DNA of 64,000 nt from Eledone cirrhosa (taxonomy: Eukaryota): assembly GCA_964016885.1 (NCBI GenBank), contig OZ024741.1, forward strand, positions 404,302,001 through 404,366,000, given 5' to 3'. This document shows positions 12,001-25,481 of the stretch, in pieces; the stretch's first letter is position 1, and each line of letters starts with the position of its first letter. A model generated the notes under the pieces. The model had not been told where the DNA came from. It made no database searches and was given only the letters and a program-made list of their open reading frames with translations. The translations under genes and the position numbers were made by a program.

Positions 12001-12821
12001 AAATAATATACAATGAAATAATAATATACAATAATGAAATAAAATAGGATAAAATACAATAAAATAAAATGATGGAAAAAGAGAATGCATACATGACAAG
12101 GATGCAGAGGGGGGGGGGGGCATTATTGAGGTGTGCTTAAAGTTTCATACGATAGTTGGGGGCTGTGGTGCAAATGTTTATATGATATACATGGGGACTG
12201 GTGGGCTAAGGCACTGGGTGGGAGCCTGCGCATGATGCAGGTCTCGTTGCTTGTGGATAGATGTGGGCCGTGCGTGCGTGCACAAACAAGTTATATATAT
12301 TGTGGTTATGTGTAACATCCATTTCATAAAAGTATATATGAGATGTGCATGGGTTTGGTGTATACATGGAATATAAAGGGTATGTGTTTCATAACAATAT
12401 ATATGGAATGCACGTGGAGTGTATGTATGATTGTAATGTGCCAGCGGCATGCATTGTGTGCGTATATCAGCGTCATAGAACGACAAAATTAAAACTTGAA
12501 ATCAAAATTAAAATTAAAATTAAAATTAACATCAACAATACAATTAGCCGCGACATTAACCTTAAGACCAGCATCATGTCCATCATCGAAGTAGCCGATT
12601 AAACGCTGCGAATCGAATATCGGAAATCAACAATTTAAAAATGTAAAAGTTTGAAAATTTAAAACCTTACATATGTTTGTAGACCCAATCCGACTTGTAA
12701 TGAGTCGGTGTCCCCCAATTGGTGTGGTGGTGCTATTAAGGTGTTCTACGGGGTAGGCAACATTGGATCTGTCATTGCTATCAACTTGTGTTGTCATGCA
12801 TTCATAGTTATGCAGTGTTCT

Positions 12822-13431
12822 ATGGTGGTCTGCTGCATGCGCTCCACCTGGTGTTGCGGTGCCGGTGGTGCGCTGCACGGGCTCCACCTGGTGTTGCGGT
12901 GCCGGTGGCGCGCTGCATGCACTCCACCTGGTGTTGCGGTGCTGGTGGTGCGCTGCATGCACTCCACCTGGTGTTGCGGTGCTGGTGGTGCGCTGCATGC
13001 ACTCCACCTGGTGTTGCGGTGCCGGTGGTGCGCTGCATGCACTCCACCTGGTGTTGCGGTGCTGGTGGTGCGCTGCATGCACTCCACCTGGTGTTGCGGT
13101 GCTGGTGGTGCGCTGCATGCACTCCACCTGGTGTTGCGGTGCCGGTGGTGCGCTGCATGCACTCCACCTGGTGTTGCGGTGCTGGTGGTGCGCTGCATGC
13201 ACTCCACCTGGTGTTGCGGTGCTGGTGGTGCGCTGCATGCACTCCACCTGGTGTTGCGGTGCCGGTGGTGCGCTGCATGCACTCCACCTGGTGTTGCGGT
13301 GCCGGTGGTGCGCTGCATGCACTCCACCTGGTGTTGCGGTGCTGGTGGTGCGCTGCATGCACTCCACCTGGTGTTGCGGTGCTGGTGGTGCGCTGCATGC
13401 ACTCCACCTGGTGTTGCGGTGCCGGTGGTGC
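12822..13431. repeat. 40-bp GC-rich minisatellite, ~15 units
   Basis: Unit cgctgcatgcactccacctggtgttgcggtgcYggtggtg, no spacers. Confidence 0.97.
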
Positions 13432-14087
13432 ACTAGGTAGATACATCCGGTATCACTAGGGCGGAGAGTGTGCATTTACGTTGGTGTCTGCCTGCCATGA
13501 TTATTTCAGACTTGGGGTTGACTGCGTAGCCCTTAGTTTTACTATCTCGAGGTAGTAAAACTTCGGACTCACACCGCCACGTGATCGGGTTGGGTCAAGG
13601 CCTCAAATGCGTTGTCTCATACAATACTGTGTCTACCATCTGCGCAGCGGCGGGACGGGTGGGGGTGGGGTCACTCATCAAGTATATGCATCCAGTGTGG
13701 GAGCACGCGGGTGCATGTATGTATGTGTGCCCACACAGACATGCATGAGCACGGGTGTGCGCATGCCTGGGTCGATGTATTTGTCTGAGCATGTCTGCGT
13801 GGGGGTACGGATAACTTTCCATGGGTTTTCCTTTTCTCATCTGTCTATATACGGCGTCTTGGCTATGCGCGGTCCCCTGAGTCTAGTGTGTGAGTGTAGA
13901 CTTGGGTGTATTTGTTGAAAACACCTTTGATACAGCCCTCCGTTTGAAAGGCTGTTGAAAGCTTTCTTTTAAAAACGTTCGTAATACAGGTTTTTTTTCT
14001 TTTTCTTTTTCTTTTTCTTTTTCTTTTTCTTTTTCTTTTTCTTTTTCTTTGAAATATGGTGGAGGGTATTCTAAGGCTGTGTCCTAC

Positions 14088-14640
14088 TGGAAAAGAGTAT
14101 ACAACAAATTTAATATAGAAATGGGTTCTACAAGACTAGAATGAAACAGTTCTATTTATGTAGAAGCAATTTTTATATTAAATTTATTGTTTACACTCTT
14201 CTAGTAATGTATTGAGTATAGGAAAATAGTCAGGACTCCGACAGCTAAGCTCCGTCCGCTTCGATAGCCAGGTCTGAACAGTTCAGAACTAGCTGCCGGA
14301 GCCCAGCCGTCGGGGTCCTGACTCTTTTCCTATACTCAATACATTAGTAGAAGAGTGTATACATTAAATTTAATATAAAAATTGCTTCTACAAGACTAGA
14401 ACTGTTTCATTCTAGTCTTGTAGAACACATTTCTATATTCAATTTGTTGTGTATACTCTTTTCCAGTTTATCCCAGTTTCAAGTGGGAGGTAACCACAGT
14501 AAGTAAGGTATTTAATACGAAGCAGAGTATAAATATTTAATATAGAAAGGCTTCTACAGGACTAGAACTGTTTCATTCCTGATGATTTCTCTAGAATGAA
14601 ACAGTTTTAGTCCTGTAGAAGCCTTTCTACATTAAATATA
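14088..14640. mobile_element. Nested fold-back family C-related elements
   Basis: ~14088-14255 is inverted against ~14295-14467, and 14533-14578 against 14595-14640. HHR core at 14576-14620(+). Confidence 0.7.
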
Positions 14641-14871
14641 TATATACACGAATGTTCATGTTTAATTATATACACAAGTTGTTGCACGAGTGCATTTCAA
14701 TGTGTATATAGATATATACACCGAATAAGTTTATATTGCAACGTCTGTGAGCATGCGTTTGGTTCGCGCGTGTTTACTGGCGTCAATTTGATCGTATGAA
14801 GCTATGTATTCCTGTCTGCATATATGTATGTGTGTTTCAGTATCTATGCATCGATATATTACTATATGTAT

Positions 14872-14948
<77 letters not shown>

Positions 14949-14958
<10 letters not shown>

Positions 14959-17900
14959 AAAATGAATGTATGTTTGTTTGTTTGTCCAAAGATATAAACG
15001 GAGAAAGAGAAATCAACGTATAGACAAACAGAGAGTGAAAGAGTGAGTAGTCTGGCTGCTTTGAACCACTCCCTATATTAGACTGTCTCTAAAGTTATAA
15101 ACGGAGAAAGAGAAATCAACGTATAGACAAAGAGAGAGTGAAAGAGCAACGTATAGACAAAGAGAGAGTGCTATAAACGGAGAAAGAGAAATCAACGTAT
15201 AGACAAAGAGTGAGTGAAAGAGCGAGTGTGAAATTTTTTAAATTAAAGATAATTTCAATAGAATTAGTATTCTCTCTTTAATTTAATATAATTTCAATAG
15301 AATTAGTAAATTCTCTCTTTAATTTAATATAATTTCAATAGAATTAGTATAGTGTCTGTTTCACATTACTTCCCTTCCACTCCCATTACAGGGAATTCTT
15401 TTTCAGCTAGCCCTTAACTAAGTGCTGTAATTTGATATCTTCATTTCGTCTGTCCTTATTTTCCTGACCTGGACATAAACCAACAGCTTATCTTCCCTAC
15501 CTTTATCTCTATAGAAGTTACTACTTATTTCTTCATCCTTTTCTTTTAGTCTATGTATCTATATAGAGTTTTTTCCTGTTTTTCATCATTTCTCCATATA
15601 CCGTTTCTGGGTTTCCTTTTTAATACCTTGGTGTTTTGATATTCTTAAAATATTATAATACCTTGGTGTTTTAATATTCTTAAAATATTATATCTCTCTT
15701 CCACTATTATCACTAGAATTTCTACTCTAGCTATCTTATAGCCAATCACTAGAATTTCTACTCTAGCTATCTTATAGCCACTAACTGCTGTAATTTGATA
15801 TCTTCATTTCGTCTGTCCTTATTTTCCTTTATTTTCACTCTGTTTTTACAATTGTTTATATCATCAATCAACACATACATATTGGTTATGACTCCTTCTA
15901 CATTTCGATTACATTGAGTTCTTCATACGTATTTCACACTACTTCTCATTTCGGTAGAGTGATTGTGATAAAATATTTTCTATTCAATTATGCCTCCCAA
16001 ACGACGAGCGATTGGTCAATCTACCCCTCAAGCAACGAAAAAATATGCATTACGAGCTTCAGAAACATACGAGCAACGGGAATCACGATTGGAAACCGTT
16101 CGAGTAAGAACTGCTCAAGCCCGTTCATCTGAAACATACGAGCAACGGGAAGCAAGATTGCAAACCGTTCGAGTAACAACTGTCAAGCCCGTTCATCTGA
16201 AACATACGAGCAACGGAAAGCAAGATTGGAAACGAATCGACTACGCAATGCTCTCACAAGAAGAATACTGTACGATGATTTCAATCTTGGTGCATTTCAT
16301 TACGATTCAAATTGTGATTACAGTCCTCATCCAAGTGTGATTATTGGAAAAATGGATAAATTATGCGGGTATTGTGGTGCCCTCAAATTTAAAAATGAAA
16401 CACCAGGAATGTGCTGCTCGGGTGGAAAAGTGAAATTGCCAGAATTATATCCACCACCTGAACCTTTATCAACGTTAGTATCAGGTGACACAAGCGAATC
16501 TAAACATTTCTTGGCAAACATACGCAAGTACAATTCATGTTTCCAAATGACATCGTTCGGTGCAACAAATATCGTGCGCGAGAATTACATGCCAACATTC
16601 AAAGTGCAAGGGCAAATTTATCATCGTGCTGGATCACTACTACCACTGCCGGACGCAGATCACAAATTTCTTCAAATTTATTTCATGGGAAACACTGATG
16701 ACCAAATAGATCAACGTTGCAAATTCAATAGGGGAACTAAACGAGAAATTGTTACTGCATTACAAACTTTATTCAATCAATACAACAAATTAATTAGATT
16801 GTTCAGAGCTGCCCTGGAACAAATGCCAAATGATGACTACACAATTGTAGTTAGAGCAGACAAAACACCTGTTGGCTAACATCAAAGACAGTACAATGCA
16901 CCAACAATTGATGAAGTGGCGATCGTTATTGTAGGTGAAGAATTTAACTCGCGTGATATAATTCTTCACCGCAGAAATGGTGATGTTCAGCGAGTCTCAG
17001 AAACGCATCGGTCATACGATGGATTATAATATCCAATTTTATTTTGCCAAGGAGAAGATGGATATCATTTCAACATCAAACTGAGAAATCCAGAAACAGA
17101 TGAGGAAACGAATAAGAAAGTCAGTGCCATGAATTATTATTCATATAGATTAATGATTCGTGAAAACGGTGAAAATCATATTTTGAAATGTCGACAATTG
17201 TTCCATCAATACATTGTCGATATGTATGCAAAAATCGAAACCGAACGACTTCTCTACATTCGATTGAATCAAACCAAGCTACGTTCAGAAGAGTACATTC
17301 ATTTACGTGATGCCATTGTTGATGATGGCAATATGAATCCTAATGAATTGGGGAAAATGGTCATACTGCCGGCTACATTTACAGGGAGTCCACGGCACAT
17401 GCATGAATACGCACAAGATGCAATGACATATGTTCGCGCATATGGCCGTCCAGATTTGTTCATTACATTCACATGCAATCCTACGTGGGATGAAATTAAA
17501 GGACTTTTGTTACCTGGTCAATCATCTTCGGATCGTCATGATATTACAGCGCGTGTGTTCAAACAAAAATTGAAATCTTTAATCGATTTCATTGTCAAGC
17601 ATCATGTTTTTGGAGAGACACGCTGTTGGATGTATTCCATTGAATGGCAAAAAAGAGGATTGCCACATGCACACATTTTGATTTGGTTGATTGAAAAAGT
17701 CACACCAGATCAAATTGATCAAATCATCTCAGCAGAAATACCAGATGTCAACGTTGATCCAGACTTATTTGAAGTCATCACTAAAAACATGATTCATGGT
17801 CCATGTGGCTTACTCAACAACAATTCACCATGCATGTCTGATGGGAAATGCATGAAACAATACCCCAAAGACTTACTTGCCGACACTATCACTGGCAATG

Positions 17901-20630
17901 ACGGATATCCACTCTATCGTCGACGAGCAACTGAAGATGGCGGCAAATCCATCACTTTAAAAGTACGAAACAATTATGTTGAAGTCAATAATCGTTGGAT
18001 TGTACCATATTCACCGTTACTCTCGAAGACGTTCAAAGCACACATCAATGTCGAGTATTGCAATTCGGTGAAAGCGATCAAGTACATTTGCAAATATATC
18101 AACAAAGGAAGCGATATGGCAGTCTTTGGAGTGTGCAATGCAACTACACCTATCGATGAAATCGACCAATACCAACTGGGACGCTACATTAGTAGTAATG
18201 AAGCAGTATGGCGCATTTTATCATTTCCAATCCATCATCGACATCCAACAGTTGTTCATTTGGCGGTGCACCTTGAAAATGGACAGCGCGTATACTTCAC
18301 AACTGAAAATGTACGTGCAAGGGCACTGACACCACCGCCAACAACGTTAACTGCGTTTTTCTCATTGTGCAGCGAAGATGTGTTTGCAAAGACACTACTT
18401 TATTCTGAAGTGCCAACATATTACACATGGAATACACCAACGAAAAAGTTTAAACGTCGCAAACAGGGTAAAGTAGTTGAAGGACATCCCAATTTATATT
18501 CGACCGACGCGTTAGGCCGTTTGTACACTGTTCACCCAAATAATGCAGAATGCTTTTATTTGCGATTGTTGTTAATTAACATACGTGGATCGACATCATT
18601 CCAAGAATTTAGAACAGTAAACGGTCAAGTATGTGCCACTTATCGTGAAGCTTGCCAAGAATTAAATCTTCTTGAAAATGATGGACATTGGGACACTTCA
18701 CTCGCTGATGCATCGAATACTGCTCGACCAAAGCAAATACGCACATTATTCTCAATAATATTGACAACGTGCTTCCCATCAAATCCAAAAGATCTTTGGG
18801 AAAAATACAAAGACTACATGAGTGAAGACATCCTACATCGTTTGCGTGCAACAAATCAAAATATGAATATTCAATTCACACCAAATGTGTATAATGAAGC
18901 ATTGGTTTCCATTGAGGTCATATGTTTAGCAATCGCTAACAAAACATTGGTACAATTGGGAATGCCTGCGCCGAATCGATCTGTAAACGACATTTTCGAT
19001 CGTGATTTGCAACGAGAAACAAACTTTGATGTCGCCGAATTGGGTACATTTGTTCAAACGAATCTTCCCAAATTGCTACCAGAACAACGCATAGTATATG
19101 ACCAAATTATGCAGGCAATTATAAGTCAAAGCGGCGGATTGTATTTTATAGATGCGCCCGGTGGTACAGGCAAAACCTTTCTCATTTCACTTATTTTGGC
19201 AACTATACGATCAGAAAATAATATTGCACTGGCAATCGCATCATCTGGAATTGCGGCAACTCTTTTAGATGGTGGCCGAACAGCACATTCAGCCCTGAAA
19301 TTGCCATTGAATATGCAAATCGCTGAGACATCAACATGCAATATTACCAAAAATTCTGGTATAGGTAAAGTACTCCAATCATGTAAAATCATTATATGGG
19401 ACGAATGTACTATGGCGCACAAAAAATCATTGGAAGCGTTTAATAATAAGCTAAAAGATTTGAAAGGAAATGAACAGCTCTTCGGTGGCACACTCATTTT
19501 ATTGTCTGGTGATTTTCGACAAACTCTACCAGTTATACCGCGATCAACACCCGCTGATGAGCTTAATGCATGTCTCAAATCATCAGTTTTATGGCGACAC
19601 GTACAGAAATTAACTTTAAAAAACAATATGCGTGTACAACTACAAAATGACGCATCCGCTGAACGTTTCACAAAACAATTGCTGGATATTGGGAATGGGA
19701 AAATGGTAATCGATGATTCCACAACATGTATCACATTGCCAACAAACTTCTGTAGAATCACGGCAACCAGAGACGAACTGATTCACAAAGTGTTCCCAAA
19801 TATTGCGCAGCATTACAAAAATCATCAGTGGCTCAGTGTACGTGCTATATTAGCAGCCAAAAACACCGATATCAATGCCATTAATTTCAGCATTCAAAAC
19901 GAAATACCAGGCGAAGCGACAACGTATAAGTCCATCGATACTGTAATGAATCAAGACGAAATTATCAATTATCCAATTGAATTCTTGAATTCACTTGATT
20001 TGCCAGGCATGCCACCGCACATTTTAACATTGAAAATTGGCGTGCCTATCATCCTTCTCCGAAACATCAATCCACCACAACTTTGCAACGGTACCAGACT
20101 TTCAGTGAAAAAGACGATGAACAATATCATCGAGGCTACAATTTTAAATGGAAAATTTAAAGGAGAAGATGTACTCTTGCCACGCATCCCAATCATTCCA
20201 ACAGATACGCCATTCGATTTCAAACGTTTGCAGTTTCCGGTGCGACTCGCCTTTGCAATGACTATCAACAAAGCACAAAGATAATCGCTACAAGTGTGTG
20301 GACTAAATTTAGAAAATCCATGCTTCTCACATGGACAGCTGTATGTGGCTTGCTCACGCGTCGGTAAACCTTCTGATTTATTCGTGTACGCACCAGAAAG
20401 AAAAACAAAAAAACATTGTGTATCCAAAAGCACTTCAGTAAAACAAATTAAATGTTCTTATAACGAATTTTCTTTAAATTCGTCAGTCATTCAGTCATTT
20501 AAAGATAAATGTTAAAATCTAAAAAATAGAAACTAAATTACAGAAATTTTTAAATAACGATTAAAATGTTAATATTATTCTTTTCTAAATAAGCTTTTTA
20601 ACACTGAGCGAAGCCGGGTAGCTCCGCTAG
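14949..20630 (+). mobile_element. Autonomous-type Helitron (inactivated)
   Basis: Rep-PIF1 ORF. 3' end ctgagcgaagccgggtagctccgCTAG|T at 20603-20631. 5' tatatataaaaatgaatgtatgtttg motif, but the terminal TC is not resolvable in the (CA)/(TA) tract. Tandem repeats in the 5' region. Confidence 0.92.
15990..20441 (+). pseudogene. Helitron Rep-helicase (HUH-Y2 endonuclease + PIF1 helicase)
   Basis: Zn-finger-like CGYCGA..CCSGG; HUH motifs PDLFITFTCNP, EWQKRGLPHAHIL, KYICKY; Walker A DAPGGTGKT, Walker B IIWDE, GDFRQTLPV, GQLYVACSRV. Lesions: frameshift ~16180, TAA at 16877, 17027 and 20282, poly-A frameshift ~20410. Confidence 0.95.
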
Positions 20631-20632
20631 TA

Positions 20633-21000
20633 TATTATAAAATAACAGGAGGCTGGACTTGTGTAAATCCTTGAAAGGTTTATTATACTATGATAATTTC
20701 ATTGACCGGGTTCCGTATGAATCCGGTGATATCATCAGGTATTCGAAATATAATAAATATAATAAATGAATGTAATAGATAAAATCCATGGGGCTGAAAA
20801 TCATAGACCCGAGGACGACCAACCATCTAGCATCCTCCACTTTAGCCGGTCGCCTTCAAGTGCTGACTAGTCGGTCTACTTGAGGCTATCTGGTGAGAGG
20901 ACTAAAGCTTATAGTGTGCTACTAACCTCCCGGTCAAATAGAAGATTGACCATACGGAATTGACCAGCTCTATCCAGTGGTGAACCTTCAAACCTGAATA
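20633..21000. mobile_element. pLTR family A fold-back copy (HHR 20685-20742 on - strand)
   Basis: 20633-20945 is the reverse complement of ~22578-22880, then switches to the + strand terminus 20946-21000, identical to 22977-23030. Confidence 0.8.
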
Positions 21001-22577
21001 TATAATGCTCCTGAAATGTTGAGCACTTCCAAATGTAATAATGAACAGCGGCATGGGACTGAATAGATCTAACCACCATTCGGATTTTGGCTACTCTGCG
21101 CTTTGTCTACCGCCCACCTGGCCCAATGCTACTTCCGTCTCGGAATATTCAGACTTCGACAAAATTCTACGGATTATACCATAACTTGTATTGTACTGTA
21201 CTGTATTGACTAAATTCGCTACCCTATACTTATGGGCCTGTGTAACTCACATTGAATTCTCAGACTCGAACACACACTGATTCCATTTCCATATCTATAT
21301 GCATTATCTGACTGCAACTTGAACTATATTGTATTTCTCCTGTGTTTTAATTTTTCCATTTTACTCCACCACCACTCTTGTTTATTTATATTTTTCTACC
21401 TTTACTTTATTAATGTGCTTTATCTACGTATTCTACTGTTATCTATCCTTGTATTTTTTATTCCTTTTATTCGGATTTTTACTCGCTTGTACCCATTAGC
21501 ACACGACACTAGAATGTCTCCCCCTGAGAACAACAATACCTATTACCCGGACTACCCGGGGATCTAGATATAGTCTATTTGCACTTCATCGAGTTTTACA
21601 ATTGATTACACGCGATGATCCGACTGTTGTGTTGGTTTTTCTGGCTGCGAGACCGGCCTCCTGGCGCATAGGCCTACCTTGAATGCTTGGAAAAATAAAT
21701 TTCCCCTTCTTTCGGTAAATGAAATTACTCGGAGCGGGTTGATTCGCCCCAGGGGCCAGACGCGCAGCCGTTTTTTGACCGCCATATAGTACCTTTAATT
21801 TCTAGACCTAATCATAAAAATTAGATGTATCATGCTTCCCTCTACTTAAACAAATTCCCCTCCTGGGTAAATTAATAGTACTGGTTTGGTACAAGGATGG
21901 CCTAACGACGAGGGCTGACTTCCCACCAGCACACCTGAAGCCTGATATACATTCCTAGAGTGCTTGGAAAAATTGATTTCCATATCTTTCGCTAGGCGAT
22001 ATCACTCGGAGTGGTGACACGCGGTTAGGATGGGCTGGATGTGGTCTGCAGTCGCCGCATGCTGTTTGACTGCTAAACAAGGACATAATCTTTACTCTAT
22101 AATACAATTAAAGTTTCTTCATAAAATACTCTTTCTTTAACTAAACCTCGCAACCCAAAACCTTAAAAAATTTAAACTGTTTAATTTTCAATTTTCTAAT
22201 TTTTTTAATTTTATAATGTTAATCTTAAATTTTTAAATTTTTGTAACTTCATCCTATAAATCTAAACAAACATTTAACGTTCCAATCTTCTTCTCACACA
22301 TTATAACATGCAGACTCCCACTATATTTACTTCTGTTATAATATATACCTCGGTTAAGATACGAGTCCTTTAGAATACATTTTTTCGCGGCATTGCTGGC
22401 CTGACTAGCTTGACATTAGTACGGACTTTTCTTCTTCTTTCTTTCTGTCTTTCTTCTTGTAGCTCGACATTAACGATGACTTTTCTTCTTCTTCCTTTTC
22501 TTCCTCTTTCTTTGTCTTTTTTCTTGTAGCATGATATTAACGCTGACTTATCTTTCTCTTCCTTTCTGTCTTTCTTC

Positions 22578-23025
22578 TATTTGACCGGGAGGTTAGTAGC
22601 ACACTATAAGCTTTAGCCCCCTCACCAGATTGCCTCAAGTAGACCGAATAGCCAGCACATGAGGGCGACCGGCTAAAGTGGAATATGCTAGATGGCTGGT
22701 CGTCCTCGGGTCTATGATTTTCAGCCCCATGGATTTTATCTATTACATTCATTTATTATATTTATTATATTTCGAATACCTGATGATATCACCGGATTCA
22801 TACGGAACCCGGTCATCGAAATGGTCATAGTATAATAAACCTTTCAAGGATTTACACAAGTCCAGCCTCCTGTTATTTTATTGTAATATTTAACTCCGTA
22901 CTCGCACCCCCAACTACACAAACGAAGAAGGTTGAGCTGCTTTACGTTGAGTACTCTCCATATTATTACATTAAGATTGACCATACGGAATTGACCAGCT
23001 CTATCCAGTGGTGAACCTTCAAACC

Positions 23026-23030
<5 letters not shown>
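22578..23030 (+). mobile_element. pLTR family A copy
   Basis: Ends aaacctgaa|(TA)n and contains an HHR. Confidence 0.8.
22776..22833 (+). ncRNA. Minimal hammerhead motif (family A)
   Basis: ATAC|CTGATGA|tatcACCGGattcatacggaacCCGGTcatc|GAA|ATGGTCAT|A^|GTAT. Confidence 0.65.
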
Positions 23031-23089
<59 letters not shown>

Positions 23090-23122
23090 TTTTTCCGTTT
23101 ATATATATATATACATATATAT

Positions 23123-23884
23123 ATAAACGGAAAAAATGAAACGAAATTTCATTTCCCGCTCTTAGTACGGCTGTTACTTAAATATAAGTATGTACACGTA
23201 CATACAAATTTGTATACAGACGTACAGTAGTATGTATATATATATATACATACATGCACACATATATATATGTACGTATGGATTCACCGAACATTTATTA
23301 TAATGCTCGGTGTGTTTGTAAACAAACATCCCGTATTAAGCCGTAGTGTCCAGCAACCATCGTTGCTCGTTTGTTCAACACTGACAAAGGAACGCTGTAC
23401 TAGTTTCAAGCTTATTAGCTATCGTCAGCAACGTATACCTTCCTGCCAGATTGTTGAACGTATATACTTACCTTATGCATATTAATGGCTGAGTAGCCCA
23501 ATTTGCATATCGAGTGGGTTAATCGGCCGGGTGCACCGAAAACGATAAACGGAAAAAATGAAACGAAATTTCATTTCCCACTCTTAGTACGGCTGTTACT
23601 TAAATATAAGTATGTACACGTACATACATATATGTATACAGACGTACAGTAGTATGTATATATATATATATACATGCACACATATATATATGTACGTATG
23701 GATTCACCGATGGTTGCTGGACACTACGGCTTAATACGGGATGTTCGTTTACAAACACACCCAGCATTATAGTAAATGTTCGGTGAATCCATACGTACAT
23801 ATATATGTGTGCATGTATGTATATATATATATACATACTACTGTACGTCTGTATACATATATGTATGTACGTGTACATACTTAT
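23123..23884 (-). mobile_element. pLTR family E: partial tandem plus fold-back
   Basis: 23123-23290 is repeated at 23545-23710; ~23607-23708 is inverted against ~23780-23884. Homologue at 41985-42322. Confidence 0.75.
23392..23434 (-). ncRNA. Minimal hammerhead motif (family E)
   Basis: Reverse complement: ACGTTG|CTGACGA|T-AGCT-AATA-AGCT-T|GAA|ACTAGT|A^|CAGCGT. Palindromic stem III. Confidence 0.75.
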
Positions 23885-24169
23885 ATATATATACATATAT
23901 ATATACATAAATACCCCCCCCCACACACATATATATATATACATATATATATACTTACATTATATAACTGTGCCTTTCATCCTTACGGGGTCGATACACT
24001 GGGATAATTGCTGGCCTTGTGCCAATAGTAGAAACAATTATATATATACATATATATATGCATTCATTGATACCCAAACATATAAATATATATATATATA
24101 TATGTTCGGGTATCAATGTATGCATATATATATGTATATATAATGCATATATATATATATATAATTGTT

Positions 24170-24647
24170 TCTACTACCCCTCTGACCCCTCCCCATCCAC
24201 ACACACCGACCTACACCCCACCCCACACAACACACCTTTTCCTGAACATGGAACCTCGTTCTTCCCCCAACTCTCCCATTCCGATACACACACACACGTA
24301 CACCTACACACATACACCACCTTAAGCCCTCCCCGCTCGTACACCCCGCCTCCCTCTCCCCACTCCACCCTACACGCCCCACACCCTGCCACCACTTGTT
24401 TATCTTCATGTTTAATTTTATTATTTTTATATTTATTTTTATTTGTACCCCTTCCACCATTTGTACCCCCTTTTTTTTCTAAATGTCTCTCCTCCACTCC
24501 CCTACACACCCTCGGAACTCTCTTCCCACCCACCTTTCGCCTGAAGAAGGGCTTATGCCCGAAACTACCCCCCCCCCCACTCTCAAGAGCGTGAAACTAA
24601 TAAACCTTTGTTCGTACTGCTTCTCTGTTTTGTTCCCGTTCCATTTT

Positions 24648-24652
<5 letters not shown>
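24170..24652 (+). mobile_element. C-rich pLTR-like remnant with hammerhead core
   Basis: CTGAAGA-a-GGGC-ttat-GCCC-GAAAC at 24541-24565; stems I/III not recoverable; (TA)n on both sides. Confidence 0.45.
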
Positions 24653-24708
<56 letters not shown>

Positions 24709-25481
24709 TGCTATGAATTGAGTACCTTACTTACTGGGGTTACCCTCGATTGAACCCGAGATAAACATATATATATATACACATATGATAATGAGGGTAT
24801 GTGTGCCCTTGTAGGTGTGTAGATCTGCCTCTACGTGTATAACTCTACCTGTTCCTAGGTAAATTTGTTTCTACATGTCTATCTGTATGTGAGTTTATGT
24901 GTATATATGTCTCTGTATATGAGTGTAATGTTTATATATGTGTCTGTATATGAGTGTATGTGTATATATGTGTGTATGTGTATATATTAGTGTATGTGTA
25001 TACATGAGTATGTGTATATATGAGTGTATGTGTATATACGTCTGCATATGTGTGTACGTATGTGTATGTATATCTGTATATGTGTGTGAACGTGTATATA
25101 TGTGCGTATATCCGTCTGTATATGTGTATGTACGTGTATATATGTGTGTATGTGTATATACGTATGTATGTGTGTGTGTATGTGTATACAGGCGTGTATG
25201 TGTATATATACGTCTGCATATGTGTGTACGTGTGTATAGATAGCAACATTTGTTGCAGTCGTTTTCTACGTCAATAGCAGAGAAAGTCTCTGGTTGGATG
25301 TTGACACTCGCACGTATATCCCTCCACCTAACCTCGTTACCTTCCCCAGACACCTGCTACTCAATGTGAGAAATGCCTGGTTACGTCTCCCAACACCACC
25401 GGGGCACAACATCAATGTCTAATGTTCGATTCCCAGTTAGACTCAGTACATTAATACCTTTACTCTCGACTCTCAAATAAT

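Noticed and set aside
12627-13475. Six overlapping 190-280 aa ORFs; CRISPR-like appearance
   Set aside because: Stop-free 40-bp tandem unit with no unique spacers and no cas genes.
19126-20433. Antisense ORFs over the Helitron and Tx1 coding regions
   Set aside because: Shadows of the sense-strand transposon frames, with no motifs of their own.
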